Source: an uncultured Bdellovibrionales bacterium (GTDB lineage Bacteria > Patescibacteriota > Minisyncoccia > Moranbacterales > UBA1568). Taken from it: DNA of 64,000 nt. This document shows, one piece after another, positions 18,479-28,898 of this stretch. Numbering within the stretch: the first letter of the stretch is position 1; the number at the start of each line of letters is the position of its first letter. The stretch covers positions 40,268 through 104,267 of the forward strand of contig CAZTBI010000003.1 of the NCBI GenBank assembly GCA_964612055.1. Direction: 5' to 3'. A program made the translations under genes and the position numbers. The notes beneath the pieces are model-generated. The model was given only the letters and a program-made list of their open reading frames with translations. It was not told where the DNA came from and made no database searches.

Positions 18479-19252
18479 CTACACTCTCGTCAAAACTTCT
18501 GCGCCATTCTCCGTAATCACTACCGTATCCTCAAAGTGCGCGGAGAGCTTTCCATCAGCCGTAATAAATGTCCAGTCGTCGGGAGCGATATCTACCGTAA
18601 AGGTGCCGACATTAATCATTGGCTCCAAAGCCAAGGTCATGCCTTTTTCAAGAACAAAGTCATGCATATGTCGAGATACATAGTTTGGTACTTGCGGATC
18701 TTCATGGAGCTCTCGGCCGACACCATGACCAACGAGATCGCGCACCACGGAAAAGCCATTCTCTTCCACAAAACTCTGAACCGCCTCTGCATAGGCTGAA
18801 ATCGAAGCGCCTGGTCGAAGCGTCGCGATACCACGCTCCAGACTCTCCTTGGTTACCGCTACCAGCTTTTCTGCCTCTGCTGTAACCTTGCCCACCATCA
18901 CGGTACGCGCCATATCACTCACCATCCCCTCAAAACGCATACCGATATCAAGTTTCAGGAGATCCCCATCCTTGATAATACGATCTGCCCGCGGAATACC
19001 GTGTACTACTTCATCATTCAGCGATACACAGATAGTAGCCGGAAAGGGCCGATCAGAACCGGCGTTGTAGCCTTTGAAAATGGGTATACCCCCTGCCTCC
19101 CTGATAAGTCGTTCGGCCAAAACATCGATAGCTTCCGTCGTCATACCCGGTTCTACCGCTTTGATAACCGTCTCGAGCACGGTGGCTAGACGCTTGCCAG
19201 ATTCTCGCAAACGCTTGATTTCATCTTCAGTTTTGATCCAATCTTTCGCCAT
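18479..19252 (-). CDS. map: Methionine aminopeptidase type I
   Basis: NDEVVHGIP, DIG, DMART, GHGVG..LHEDP, LEPM, SAHFE. Confidence 0.97.
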   Translation of the reverse strand: MAKDWIKTEDEIKRLRESGKRLATVLETVIKAVEPGMTTEAIDVLAERLIREAGGIPIFKGYNAGSDRPFPATICVSLNDEVVHGIPRADRIIKDGDLLKLDIGMRFEGMVSDMARTVMVGKVTAEAEKLVAVTKESLERGIATLRPGASISAYAEAVQSFVEENGFSVVRDLVGHGVGRELHEDPQVPNYVSRHMHDFVLEKGMTLALEPMINVGTFTVDIAPDDWTFITADGKLSAHFEDTVVITENGAEVLTRV

Positions 19253-19254
19253 AG

Positions 19255-19917
19255 TTAGTCCGGACGGACGTGCTCCAGAATATACTTAAAGACTTTATAA
19301 GTTTCCTGATTGCCATCAACGTGAAGAAGTTGTCCAGTGGCTTCAAAATACTTGGCTACCGGAAGAGTTTCTTCATGAAAGATCTGGTGACGCTTACGCA
19401 CTCCCTCTTCGGTATCATCAGCCCGCTGGCTAATCTTGCCGCCACAGTAACGACAAGGCTTCTCGCTATCAATAAGGTTCTTCCCTAAAATATAGGTGCG
19501 CTTGCAAACCTGACAGGCATAGCGCTTGGAAATACGCCCCACTGAAACCGCTTCCGGCACTTCAATAAAAATCACTTTGTTCAAAGATCTTCCTGACTCT
19601 TTCAAAACATCGAGCGTCTTCTGTATTTGACTCTCCCGCCGAGGAATACCGTCAATCAACAGCCCCACTGTTTCCGGAACAGAGCGCACCGCATCTGTCA
19701 GTACGGCAAAAACAACCTCGTCTGGCACGAATTCGTGCTTCACATTGATGATATCGTTCACTTGCTTACCAAGTTCGGTATCATGCGAAGCCACAGCGCG
19801 CAATTCTCCTCCAATATCAATATGCGCCAAATGGAGCGAACTTTTCAAAAGTTCCGCCTGCGTACTCTTGCCACTCCCAGCTGAACCGAGAAGGATGTAG
19901 GTGTCTCTCAAGGGCAT
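19255..19917 (-). CDS. adk: Adenylate kinase (Zn-lid)
   Basis: GSAGSGKSTQA, DGIPR, CxxC..CxxC lid, RADD. Confidence 0.93.
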   Translation of the reverse strand: MPLRDTYILLGSAGSGKSTQAELLKSSLHLAHIDIGGELRAVASHDTELGKQVNDIINVKHEFVPDEVVFAVLTDAVRSVPETVGLLIDGIPRRESQIQKTLDVLKESGRSLNKVIFIEVPEAVSVGRISKRYACQVCKRTYILGKNLIDSEKPCRYCGGKISQRADDTEEGVRKRHQIFHEETLPVAKYFEATGQLLHVDGNQETYKVFKYILEHVRPD

Positions 19918-19952
19918 ATGTCTAGTACTTGAAGAAAAGGTTTATTCTTTCA

Positions 19953-21224
19953 CTAGAAAGATTCATAACTGCGCATAGTCAGTTGAGACTGAATATGTTT
20001 CACTGTTTCCAAGACTACCGATACAACGATCAAAATACTGACACCGCCCAAAGAAAAGGCTTGGATTCCGGTAACGCCCTGTACTACGAAAGGTAGCACT
20101 GCAATGACGCCCAAGAAGAGCGACCCAGCTAAAGTAATACGGTTAATGATGTGATAGAGATAATCAGCGGTAGTGGCTCCAGGACGGATTCCTGGGATGT
20201 ATCCCCCTTGTTTCTGGAGGTTCTCAGAAATTTTTGCTGGGTCAAAGACAACGGCCGTATAGAAGTAGGTGAAAAGCACTACCAAAACGAAGTAGGTAAT
20301 TCCATATACCCACTGATCCTGAAGCCAGGCACTGACACTCACCGCCACACTCGCCACTTTGACATTGGCACTTTGCGCCAAGAAGTTAGCCATCATGGTT
20401 GGGATGAGGATAATCGAAACCGCAAAAATAATCGGGATGACGCCGGCCTGATTGACTTTGAGTGGCAGATGTGTCGCTGAACCACCATACACCTGGGCGC
20501 CACGTACTCGCTTGGCATAGGCTACCGGCACTGTCCGCTGTCCTTCGTTGATAAAGATCACGCCCGCAATCGTTACTGCCGCCAAGATAAGGAACGTGAG
20601 GTAGGTAAAGATCTGCGAAGGATCCCAGGTTGAAACGAAGCGAGAAAGCGATGTCGGGAGACTCGAAACAATACCAGCAAAGATAATCATCGAAACTCCA
20701 TTGCCCAAACCTTTTTCTGTAATGAGCTCGCCCAACCACATGAGAAAAACCGTTCCAGCGGTAGCGCACGAAATAATAATCACCATCGTGAACGGGTTGA
20801 TATCGCCCAAGATATTCTGAGAACGAAGGAGTGACAGCATGCTAAAAGATTGAAGTGCTGCGAGCGGCACCGTTAACCAGCGTGTCCACATATTGAATTT
20901 CTGACGCCCCTGCTCCCCTTCTTCCTTGTACAAACGCTCCAGGCTCGGCACGAGCGTGGTCAAAAGCTGCATGATGATGGAAGCCGTGATATACGGCGCG
21001 ACACCCAGAAGCACGATGGAGATATTGGAAAGTCCTCCGCCCGAAAAAATATTCAAAAGTCCAAGAAAGGCATTTTCTTCGAAGAGGCGCTTCAAAGCCA
21101 AAACATCCACTCCAGGAAGAGGGATATTGGCGGCTAAACGATAGACGACGAGCAGGCCGAGAATGAAGAAAATCTTGTTGCGAAGTTCTCGGACCCGAAA
21201 AATATTGAGAAAAGTCTCGTTCAT
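19953..21224 (-). CDS. secY: Preprotein translocase SecY
   Basis: PYITASIIMQLL, WLGELIT..GLGNG, IPIIFA, YIPGIRPG. Confidence 0.98.
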   Translation of the reverse strand: MNETFLNIFRVRELRNKIFFILGLLVVYRLAANIPLPGVDVLALKRLFEENAFLGLLNIFSGGGLSNISIVLLGVAPYITASIIMQLLTTLVPSLERLYKEEGEQGRQKFNMWTRWLTVPLAALQSFSMLSLLRSQNILGDINPFTMVIIISCATAGTVFLMWLGELITEKGLGNGVSMIIFAGIVSSLPTSLSRFVSTWDPSQIFTYLTFLILAAVTIAGVIFINEGQRTVPVAYAKRVRGAQVYGGSATHLPLKVNQAGVIPIIFAVSIILIPTMMANFLAQSANVKVASVAVSVSAWLQDQWVYGITYFVLVVLFTYFYTAVVFDPAKISENLQKQGGYIPGIRPGATTADYLYHIINRITLAGSLFLGVIAVLPFVVQGVTGIQAFSLGGVSILIVVSVVLETVKHIQSQLTMRSYESF

Positions 21225-21251
21225 GTGTATTTCTGCTACTGTTTCCTACCC

Positions 21252-21280
21252 AGTATACCGCATTTCGGAATCACTTTGAA
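21252..21280 (-). promoter_or_regulatory. Internal promoter before secY
   Basis: TTCAAA-17-TATACT in the rplO-secY spacer. Confidence 0.5.
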
Positions 21281-21302
21281 GAGAGCTGTTTGAGAGAGGA
21301 TG

Positions 21303-21719
21303 CTAGGCTGTAAAAGCCTTTTTAGCAGTTTCTGAGACAAGGACATCGTCCCCAAGGGAGAGCTTTTTTGTGAGCGTGCCGGTAGCAAGGATCTTCACAC
21401 CGTGCAGGAGTGCCTTTTTGTCCACCAGGCGCTTTTCAACAAGCAAGGCCCGAGTAACGACATCACCATCAGAAAGCACCCGCTCCAAGGCAGCCAAAGT
21501 CACGGTATGCTTCTTTGGATGAATCGACTTGAAACCACGCACCTTTTTCATGCGCTCCAAAAGAGTCGAGCGGCCACCTTCAAAAAGAGGGTCGACAGAT
21601 GATCCGGTACGAGACTTCTGACCATTCGAACCACGACCAGCGGTCGTACCAGTCTTGCCGCCGCGACCGATGCGCTTGCGCTCTTTTCTCTTGGCTACTT
21701 TCAATTCATGAATTTGCAT
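21303..21719 (-). CDS. rplO: 50S ribosomal protein L15
   Basis: RIGRGG..GRG..GQKSR..FEGG. Confidence 0.96.
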   Translation of the reverse strand: MQIHELKVAKRKERKRIGRGGKTGTTAGRGSNGQKSRTGSSVDPLFEGGRSTLLERMKKVRGFKSIHPKKHTVTLAALERVLSDGDVVTRALLVEKRLVDKKALLHGVKILATGTLTKKLSLGDDVLVSETAKKAFTA

Positions 21720-21739
21720 AAACGTGCTTTAAAAAGGTT

Positions 21740-22267
21740 TTAGGCCGCTACTTCAGGAGTTACAACTGGAGCCTCCTTTGGAGCCTTCGGAACACGAGGA
21801 GCCTTGAGCTGTCCCAAAGCCTTCACAGTAACACGAGCAACGTTCAGTGGATTGGAAGCACCGAGAGACTTCGAAACGATATCTTTGACTCCCAAGAGGT
21901 CCACTACCGAACGGACGGCTCCACCAGCGATGATTCCCCGTCCTTCTGAAGCAGGCTTGAGAAGCACACGAGCACTTCCTAATTTTGCTGAAATATCATG
22001 CGGTAATGTTCCAGTGCTCGTCAGTTCTACCGTAATCATGTTCTTCTTGGCATCGTTGTAGGCCTTCTTGATAGCATCAGAGACGTCAGATCCTTTGGCG
22101 ACACCAACCCCTACCTTGCCGCGACGGTTTCCAATCACAAGAGTAGCTCGAAAACGGAAACGACGACCGCCCTTCACAACACGCGTCACACGCGCCAAAT
22201 TGAGAAGTTTCTGATCAAACTCCGGCTTTTCACGTCGTGCCATTTTTCTCCCTTGCTTTGGTGCCAT
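21740..22267 (-). CDS. rpsE: 30S ribosomal protein S5
   Basis: RVTRVVKGGRRFRF, GIIAGG. Confidence 0.97.
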   Translation of the reverse strand: MAPKQGRKMARREKPEFDQKLLNLARVTRVVKGGRRFRFRATLVIGNRRGKVGVGVAKGSDVSDAIKKAYNDAKKNMITVELTSTGTLPHDISAKLGSARVLLKPASEGRGIIAGGAVRSVVDLLGVKDIVSKSLGASNPLNVARVTVKALGQLKAPRVPKAPKEAPVVTPEVAA

Positions 22268-22300
22268 ACGATTATTGTATACGAATCACTGAGTATTTTA

Positions 22301-22657
22301 CTAAATATGGATACCACCTTCACGCAGAGCTTCGGCCACAGCCTTCACCTTGCCATGATAACGGTATCCTGAACGATCAAAAACAGCTTTGGTAATTTTC
22401 AATTGTGTCAGACGCTCCGCCAAGAGTTTTCCCAAAAGAGTAGCACTTGGAACAGTATTCTTTGGATTCTTTCCAAGATCAGCCAATTTAGCATGAGCCA
22501 CCGTCTTGCCGGCCATGTCATCAATCGCCTGGATAGAAAGACTCTTCAGACTGCGGAAAACGGAAACGCGAGGACAATCACCAGTGCCAGAAATCTTGGC
22601 TCTGATGCGGCGCTTGCGCTCAAACCGCTTCACTTTTTTTGCTTCTTTCTTCAACAT
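22301..22657 (-). CDS. rplR: 50S ribosomal protein L18
   Basis: PRVSVFRS, FDRSGYRYHGKV. Confidence 0.97.
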   Translation of the reverse strand: MLKKEAKKVKRFERKRRIRAKISGTGDCPRVSVFRSLKSLSIQAIDDMAGKTVAHAKLADLGKNPKNTVPSATLLGKLLAERLTQLKITKAVFDRSGYRYHGKVKAVAEALREGGIHI

Positions 22658-22680
22658 ACTCTTCGTCTTATATACACATG

Positions 22681-23217
22681 TTAGGCGGCCGCCTTCTTTC
22701 CTTCCTTGCGACGTACGATTTCACCGACGTAACGGAATCCTTTCCCCTTATACGGCTCAACTGGTTTCAACTTTCGTACCACCGCTGCAAACTCTCCTAC
22801 TTGCTGCTTATCCATACCAGCAACCTTCAGTACATTACCTTCGAGAGTCGCTGCGATCCCTTCGGGCAGTACCATCTCTACTGGATGAGAGAATCCGAGA
22901 GCTAACACCAGCTTCTTCCCCTGCAAGTTCATACGGTATCCAACACCGTTTAATTCAAGAGCTTTCTCAAAGCCAGCAGTGACACCCATAATCATGTTCG
23001 CAATGGTCTTGGCAGTCGTGCCCCACAGCGCCTGAGCTTTCTTGGTATCGCCACCCTTGGCTACATGAACCGAACCCTCTTCGATAGTTACCAAAACTTC
23101 ACGACGATGTTCGAAAGAGAGCGTCCCCTTCGGACCCTTCACGTGTACCACGCGCTTATCAAGCGTGATTTCAACACCGCTCGGAATGGCTACTGGTTTT
23201 TTTCCAATTCTACTCAT
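22681..23217 (-). CDS. rplF: 50S ribosomal protein L6
   Basis: MSRIGK, LGFSHP, EPYKGKG. Confidence 0.98.
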   Translation of the reverse strand: MSRIGKKPVAIPSGVEITLDKRVVHVKGPKGTLSFEHRREVLVTIEEGSVHVAKGGDTKKAQALWGTTAKTIANMIMGVTAGFEKALELNGVGYRMNLQGKKLVLALGFSHPVEMVLPEGIAATLEGNVLKVAGMDKQQVGEFAAVVRKLKPVEPYKGKGFRYVGEIVRRKEGKKAAA

Positions 23218-23240
23218 AACATTAGCTTACTCGCTGTCAA

Positions 23241-23648
23241 TTACCACACTTTGCACAGGTATTCCCCTCCCAAGCCCTTGGCATACGCTTCGCCTCCGGT
23301 CATCACGCCCTGAGAAGTAGAGAGGATAGCGATACCATAGCCGTTCTTGACCTTTTTCACATCATGGCTTTTCACATAGATACGGCATCCCTGCTTCGAA
23401 ACGCGCGTAATCTCTCTGATAGCCGGTGCTTTTTTCGTTTGAGAGACTTCAGTATACTTGAGCCAAACGCACAGTGCCTCTTTGCCGTCTTCACTCGTCT
23501 CTTTTTCGACGCGCGCGACAAATCCTTCACGCTCCAAGATCTGGGCGATCACGTGCTTTAGCTTCGACGCCGGAAAGGTCACTAGTGACTTCCCTGCCGC
23601 CTGGGCATTACGGATTCTCGTTAACATGTCTGCAATTGGATCAAGCAT
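23241..23648 (-). CDS. rpsH: 30S ribosomal protein S8
   Basis: DPIADMLTRIRN, ILSTSQG, GGE. Confidence 0.98.
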   Translation of the reverse strand: MLDPIADMLTRIRNAQAAGKSLVTFPASKLKHVIAQILEREGFVARVEKETSEDGKEALCVWLKYTEVSQTKKAPAIREITRVSKQGCRIYVKSHDVKKVKNGYGIAILSTSQGVMTGGEAYAKGLGGEYLCKVW

Positions 23649-23675
23649 AGTCTTCTTTAGCTTATAGCTCTTATA

Positions 23676-23861
23676 CTACCAGGAGGCCTTCTTCACTCCC
23701 GGGATCTCACCTGTTGAGGCGAGTTCACGGAAACAGATGCGACAAATATCATATCGGCGCAAATATCCTCGCTTGCGACCGCACTTCCAACACCGTCTCA
23801 CGATACGGGTAGAGAACTTCGGAGTTTTCAGCGCTCTTGCTTGGGTAGATGTCTTAGCCAT
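23676..23861 (-). CDS. rpsN: 30S ribosomal protein S14 (Zn-binding type)
   Basis: [22 protein letters not shown]. Confidence 0.97.
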   Translation of the reverse strand: MAKTSTQARALKTPKFSTRIVRRCWKCGRKRGYLRRYDICRICFRELASTGEIPGVKKASW

Positions 23862-23867
23862 AATACT

Positions 23868-24431
23868 TTATTTATCGTTAGTGTCACTTTGCTGGAACGG
23901 CACTCCCAAGGAACGAAACAGCACCCGACCTTCTTCGCTGTTCTTGGCAGTGGTTACAACGTTTACCTGGAAACTGAAAATGTGCTGCACTTTTTCTGGG
24001 ACAATTTCTGAAAAAATACTGTGATCTTTAATCCCGAGATTCAGGTTCCCGCTGTGGTCCACGGAGTTCATTGTTACTCCCTGGAAGTCACGAACACGTG
24101 GGAGAGCGATCATAAACAAACGATCCAAGAAATCCCACATGCGCTTCCCATGAAGCGTGGTACGAGCACCAACTTCGAGATCCTCACGAATCTTGAACCC
24201 GGCGATAGCTTTGCGGGCCTTCGTCAAGAGAATCTTCTGGCCAGTAATAGCCTCAAGCGATGCGATCACTTCATCGACGCGCTTCTGATCCTTCAAGATC
24301 TTACCGATACCCACGTTTATCACTACTTTGGCAACACGAGGCAAAGCCATAGGATTCTTGATCCCAAGCTCCTGCTTCAAAGCAGGAACAGCTTTTTCGG
24401 TATAGATTTTCTTCACTGATGGAGTTTTCAT
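23868..24431 (-). CDS. rplE: 50S ribosomal protein L5
   Basis: KVVINVGIG, ITGQK, AGFKIRE, LPRVRDFQG. Confidence 0.97.
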   Translation of the reverse strand: MKTPSVKKIYTEKAVPALKQELGIKNPMALPRVAKVVINVGIGKILKDQKRVDEVIASLEAITGQKILLTKARKAIAGFKIREDLEVGARTTLHGKRMWDFLDRLFMIALPRVRDFQGVTMNSVDHSGNLNLGIKDHSIFSEIVPEKVQHIFSFQVNVVTTAKNSEEGRVLFRSLGVPFQQSDTNDK

Positions 24432-24439
24432 AGAGAGTT

Positions 24440-24745
24440 CTAAATAGCTTTGCCAGCCCGTTTACTCATGCGAATCTTTTCCCCGCCTTCAATCTTGTAA
24501 CCAACACGGGTTGGCTTGTTGGTATGAGGACAGACCAACATGACGTTAGAAACATGAATCGGAGCCTCTTTTTCGATGCGCTCCCCTTTTTCGCCATCAC
24601 GCCGAGGACGTATATGACGCTTCATCATGTTGGCACCCTTGACCACGACCTTCAACGTCACCGGAAGCACATGCAGAACTTCGCCCTGCTTTCCGCGGTC
24701 CTTGCCAGCCATGATTTGTACTTTGTCGCCTTTCTTGATTTTCAT
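24440..24745 (-). CDS. rplX: 50S ribosomal protein L24
   Basis: KKGDKV..GKDRGKQG, EAPIHVSNV. Confidence 0.97.
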   Translation of the reverse strand: MKIKKGDKVQIMAGKDRGKQGEVLHVLPVTLKVVVKGANMMKRHIRPRRDGEKGERIEKEAPIHVSNVMLVCPHTNKPTRVGYKIEGGEKIRMSKRAGKAI

Positions 24746-24759
24746 AATACTCTAATACA

Positions 24760-25131
24760 TTACAGAACTTCAGGAGCCAGCGATACGATCTTGGAGAATC
24801 CCTTCTCACGAAGTTCGCGCGCTACTGGACCAAAGATACGGGTACCTTTTGGATCTTGGAGGTTCGTATCGAGAATAACAGCCGCATTTTCATCGAAACG
24901 GATATAGGAATTGTCCTTGCGACGATACTCCTTGGCCTGACGAACAATAACAGCCTTGACCTTCTCCCCTTTTTTCACCATACCTCTTGGTTCAGCCGAT
25001 TTGACCGAAGCAACGATGATATCACCCAGCGCTGCGTAGCGACGGCGTGTTCCGCCAAGCACCTTGAAACATTCGATGATTTTGGCACCGGTGTTGTCAG
25101 CAACTTTGAGTCTTGATTCTGCTTGGATCAT
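24760..25131 (-). CDS. rplN: 50S ribosomal protein L14
   Basis: [28 protein letters not shown]; start 25131. Confidence 0.98.
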   Translation of the reverse strand: MIQAESRLKVADNTGAKIIECFKVLGGTRRRYAALGDIIVASVKSAEPRGMVKKGEKVKAVIVRQAKEYRRKDNSYIRFDENAAVILDTNLQDPKGTRIFGPVARELREKGFSKIVSLAPEVL

Positions 25132-25157
25132 AGTAACGGCTTTAAAGTGAAGATTCT

Positions 25158-25418
25158 CTAGGCAATTATCGTGTGGTGCTTCCCGCGGCTCATGGGGCGA
25201 CACTCTTGAAATGAAACGGTCGTACCAACCGCGTACTTACCACTCTCTTCTACGTGAACCTTGTACTTCTTGGAAGAGCGGTACTGCTTCAAGTACTTCG
25301 GATGAGTCTTCAGTGTATCCACCTTGACCACCAATGTCTTCTGCATCGAGTTACTCACCACCACACCTTTCAGGGTTGGAGCTTTGCTCGTCTTTTCTGT
25401 TGTCGTTGTTGTCTTCAT
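25158..25418 (-). CDS. rpsQ: 30S ribosomal protein S17
   Basis: [21 protein letters not shown]. Confidence 0.96.
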   Translation of the reverse strand: MKTTTTTEKTSKAPTLKGVVVSNSMQKTLVVKVDTLKTHPKYLKQYRSSKKYKVHVEESGKYAVGTTVSFQECRPMSRGKHHTIIA

Positions 25419-25438
25419 AAGTATATGTAAGAGGAAAA

Positions 25439-25657
25439 CTATTTGGTGTCAGAAACTGGAACAGCGATTTCCATTTCCATTTCGGTCTGCAGTGTCAAAA
25501 GCCGAGCAATATCCTTCTTCATCTTTCGATAATCACTGTGATTTTTTGCTTCACGAGTCGACAAGTCAAAACGCAGTTTACGCACCTTGTCAGAGAGCTC
25601 CAAAAGGGCCTTCTCTCGTTCTGCTTCAGATTTTTCTCGCCATTCTTTTGCTTGCAT
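25439..25657 (-). CDS. rpmC: 50S ribosomal protein L29
   Basis: LRF..KKDIARLLT; position in S10 cluster. Confidence 0.93.
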   Translation of the reverse strand: MQAKEWREKSEAEREKALLELSDKVRKLRFDLSTREAKNHSDYRKMKKDIARLLTLQTEMEMEIAVPVSDTK

Positions 25658-25682
25658 AAACTCTCACCTTATTCAAATATTC

Positions 25683-26096
25683 CTATTGCTTTACGACAAA
25701 CTTCGTTTTGATGGACAACTTGTGTGCTGCCAAGCGCATAGCCTCTGCTGCTGCTGTCTTTGGGATACCTTCGAGTTCAAACAACATCTTTCCGGCACGG
25801 ACCTTGGCAACAAAGTGATCGACGCTTCCCTTTCCCTTACCCATCGGGGTCTGTTCACCCTTTTTGGTCATTGGTTTGTCAGGAAACACGCGAATCCACA
25901 CTTTTCCACCACGCTGGATCGATCGAGTCATCGCTCGACGCGCAGATTCAATCTGGCGTGCTGAGACGAGTCCTTCTTCCATGGCTTTGAGACCATAGCT
26001 TCCAAAACTCACACTCGTCCCGGAGGTCGCCGGCTTTCCCGACCAACCACCGCGCTGGACTTTGCGATGCTTTACTTTTCTTGGCATGAGCAACAT
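25683..26096 (-). CDS. rplP: 50S ribosomal protein L16
   Basis: [24 protein letters not shown]. Confidence 0.98.
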   Translation of the reverse strand: MLLMPRKVKHRKVQRGGWSGKPATSGTSVSFGSYGLKAMEEGLVSARQIESARRAMTRSIQRGGKVWIRVFPDKPMTKKGEQTPMGKGKGSVDHFVAKVRAGKMLFELEGIPKTAAAEAMRLAAHKLSIKTKFVVKQ

Positions 26097-26103
26097 AAGC
26101 GTT

Positions 26104-26763
26104 TTACTCTGTTTCTTTCTTGGTAAACTTCTCTCCCTTGTAAATCCACGTCTTCACTCCAATCACTCCGTACGTTGTGCGAGCCTCAGTACGAGCGAAG
26201 TCGATATCGGCGCGCAGTGTATGAAGAGGGATTTTTCCACGAGAGAGCCATTCGCGACGAGACATTTCTGCTCCCCCGAGGCGTCCGGAAATTTCGATCT
26301 TCACTCCCTGAGCCTCCTTATTCCCCTCTACCTGATCAAGCATTCCCTTGAGCACCCGACGAAATGGCATACGCTTCTCCAATTGTTCAGCCACCTGCTG
26401 ACCAACAAGCATGGCGTTCAGCTCTGCATTCTTCACTTCCTGCACTTCTACTTTCAACTCTACCTTTTTTCCAGGAAAGAATTGTTTCTTAATAGCGCGG
26501 GAAAGATCCTCAATACCCGTACCACCACGACCGATGAGTACTCCTGGGCGCGAAGTATGAATCACCAAACGAATCGCATTGGCAGAACGCTCGATAGTGA
26601 CGCTCGCAATAGCGGCCGCCTTCCACTTGCTCATGATAAGCTCACGGATCTCGATGTCCTTGCGCAACTGCTCTCGATAGGTCTTCTTACTTCCAAACCA
26701 GCGCGATTGCCAGTTGGTCGTGATACCGAGACGGATTCCTGTTGGGTGTACTTTATTGCCCAT
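26104..26763 (-). CDS. rpsC: 30S ribosomal protein S3
   Basis: [27 protein letters not shown]. Confidence 0.98.
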   Translation of the reverse strand: MGNKVHPTGIRLGITTNWQSRWFGSKKTYREQLRKDIEIRELIMSKWKAAAIASVTIERSANAIRLVIHTSRPGVLIGRGGTGIEDLSRAIKKQFFPGKKVELKVEVQEVKNAELNAMLVGQQVAEQLEKRMPFRRVLKGMLDQVEGNKEAQGVKIEISGRLGGAEMSRREWLSRGKIPLHTLRADIDFARTEARTTYGVIGVKTWIYKGEKFTKKETE

Positions 26764-26772
26764 ATTTCTATG

Positions 26773-27312
26773 TTATGAGGATTTTCGCTGAAACATTTTC
26801 TTTACCACCTTGCCACCAGCTGGCTTGCTTCCCTTCACGGCTTCTTTCTTTGACTCTATTTTTGGCAGAGCCATTCCTTTCTTCTCTTCCTTTTTCTCTT
26901 CCTGGTCTACAGATTCAAGTTCTTTTTCTTTTACCGCCTTTACTACAGGCTTTTTCTTTTCCGTACGATTCTTTCCTTCAATGCGCTCTTCCAGAATAAT
27001 CGTTACGTTCGATCCACGGCGGAGAAGCGGAGTCGCTCGGCCAAAGGCGCGAGGCAACCAGCGCTCCAGACGAAGACCATCACCGACGTTGATCGTGTGG
27101 ACATAGAGGTTATTCTCATCCAAGCCAAAGTTATTGACCGCATTCGCCACCGCGCTCGCAAGCAGCACATAGAGCGGATCAGAAGATTTCTTCACCATCT
27201 TTTTGAGCTGAAGCAAGGCTTCGCGAGTATCAACGCCAATCAAAGCATGCGTCACCAGACGGACTTTTCGTGGAGCGATTCTTAAGTTTTTGAGGGTAGC
27301 TCGTACTTTCAT
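26773..27312 (-). CDS. rplV: 50S ribosomal protein L22 with C-terminal extension
   Basis: IAPRKVRLV, SAVANA, PRAFGRA; long Lys/Glu tail. Confidence 0.96.
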   Translation of the reverse strand: MKVRATLKNLRIAPRKVRLVTHALIGVDTREALLQLKKMVKKSSDPLYVLLASAVANAVNNFGLDENNLYVHTINVGDGLRLERWLPRAFGRATPLLRRGSNVTIILEERIEGKNRTEKKKPVVKAVKEKELESVDQEEKKEEKKGMALPKIESKKEAVKGSKPAGGKVVKKMFQRKSS

Positions 27313-27320
27313 AACTTCAA

Positions 27321-27665
27321 TTACTTTTTGGTAGCAGCATCAGACGCCTTGGCAGCTTTGGCAGCATCGAGTTCACGTTGCTTCGCAGCTATTTCAATTT
27401 CTTTCTGCATCTTTCCTCCATGACGACGGAAGGTTCGAGTTGGAGAAAATTCTCCCAAGCGATGTCCTACCATCTCTTCTGTCGTAAATACCGGAATAAA
27501 ATCCTTACCGTTGTGAACACCGAAGGTGAACCCTACCATCTCAGGAGAGATAACACAAGCACGCGACCAGGTTTTGATCACAGTGCGATCACCCAGCTTC
27601 TTCCCTTCGATCTTCTTCAGAACTCGAGGGTCGACGTATGGTCCTTTTTTGAGACTTCGTGACAT
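27321..27665 (-). CDS. rpsS: 30S ribosomal protein S19
   Basis: [26 protein letters not shown]. Confidence 0.98.
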   Translation of the reverse strand: MSRSLKKGPYVDPRVLKKIEGKKLGDRTVIKTWSRACVISPEMVGFTFGVHNGKDFIPVFTTEEMVGHRLGEFSPTRTFRRHGGKMQKEIEIAAKQRELDAAKAAKASDAATKK

Positions 27666-27688
27666 AGGTTTTTACCTTCAATGCAATG

Positions 27689-28516
27689 TTATTTCTTGAT
27701 ACGACGGCGAACGATATATTTGCTGCTCTGATTCTTACGACTGCGAGTCTTCTTACCGAGAGCCGGCTTACCCCATGGGGTCTTCGGATGCATACCGATC
27801 GGCTGGCGACCTTCTCCTCCTCCGTGTGGATGATCCACTGGGTTCATCGCGCTTCCACGGACATGCGGACGACGATTCTTCCAACGACTGCGTCCGGCCT
27901 TACCGATACGCTCCGCACTGTGCTCGAAGTTACTAACCTGACCTAAGGTAGCGTAGCACTCTTTGCTGATCAGACGAATTTCTCCGGAAGCCAGTTTGAT
28001 CTGAGCCATAGCTCCGTCGAGAGCCATCAAAACCGCTTGAGAACCAGCGCTGCGAACGATCTGACCACCCTTCCCAATCTTCATTTCAATATTACAAATC
28101 GTCGTTCCAACAGGAATATTCTTCAAAAGCATGCGATTGCCATTCACCACTGGGACGCTTTCTCCAGCGATCACTTCCTGGCCCTGCTTCATACCATCGG
28201 TCGCGAGGATATAGCGCTTTTCACCATCACGGTAGAATACCAGAGCAATAAGGGCTGAGCGGTTTGGATCCTTTTCCAAATGAGCAATCTTTCCAGGAAT
28301 ATTCAACTTATCCTGACGGAAATCAACAATACGATAGCGACGCTTGTGACCACCACCCTGGTGACGAACAGAGATCTTTCCTCCAGAACGACCCGCGTGC
28401 TTTTTGTGAGCAGCAAGCAGGGACTTCTCCGGCGCTTTGTCGGTGATTCCTTCTGGCTTGACGATCGACATATTACGTCGTCCAGCGTGGTTCTTTTTGT
28501 AGATCTTAATCGCCAT
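27689..28516 (-). CDS. rplB: 50S ribosomal protein L2
   Basis: GGGHKR, DPNRSA, MNPVDHPHGGGEG; start 28516. Confidence 0.98.
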   Translation of the reverse strand: MAIKIYKKNHAGRRNMSIVKPEGITDKAPEKSLLAAHKKHAGRSGGKISVRHQGGGHKRRYRIVDFRQDKLNIPGKIAHLEKDPNRSALIALVFYRDGEKRYILATDGMKQGQEVIAGESVPVVNGNRMLLKNIPVGTTICNIEMKIGKGGQIVRSAGSQAVLMALDGAMAQIKLASGEIRLISKECYATLGQVSNFEHSAERIGKAGRSRWKNRRPHVRGSAMNPVDHPHGGGEGRQPIGMHPKTPWGKPALGKKTRSRKNQSSKYIVRRRIKK

Positions 28517-28529
28517 AACAGTTTCTTCT

Positions 28530-28889
28530 TTACATCGAAGTCTTAAACAATTCAATCGTCTGTCCTTTCACAACCGTTACAATCGCTTTCTTGACCGCCC
28601 CTTTGAAACCCGCGGTACGGCTTTGCGGAGAAACACGCTTCTTCGCTGGCAGGCGCACCATATTCACATCCGCCACATTGACGCCATACACTTCTTCGAC
28701 GGCTCGCTTCACCGATTTCTTCGTTGATGTCTTGGTGACTTCAAAAACGTATTTGTTTTGCGCGTTCAAAGCGTAGGCCTTTTCAGTAATACGTGGACGA
28801 GACAAAAGACGCATGGCCAAAGGACTCTCTTTTGGAGCAAGCTTGCGAAGCGACTTCTTCTCTTCAGTTTTCTGGTCAAATAATGCCAT
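28530..28889 (-). CDS. rplW: 50S ribosomal protein L23
   Basis: PRITEKA, KKAIVT. Confidence 0.95.
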   Translation of the reverse strand: MALFDQKTEEKKSLRKLAPKESPLAMRLLSRPRITEKAYALNAQNKYVFEVTKTSTKKSVKRAVEEVYGVNVADVNMVRLPAKKRVSPQSRTAGFKGAVKKAIVTVVKGQTIELFKTSM

Positions 28890-28898
28890 AAAATTTCT

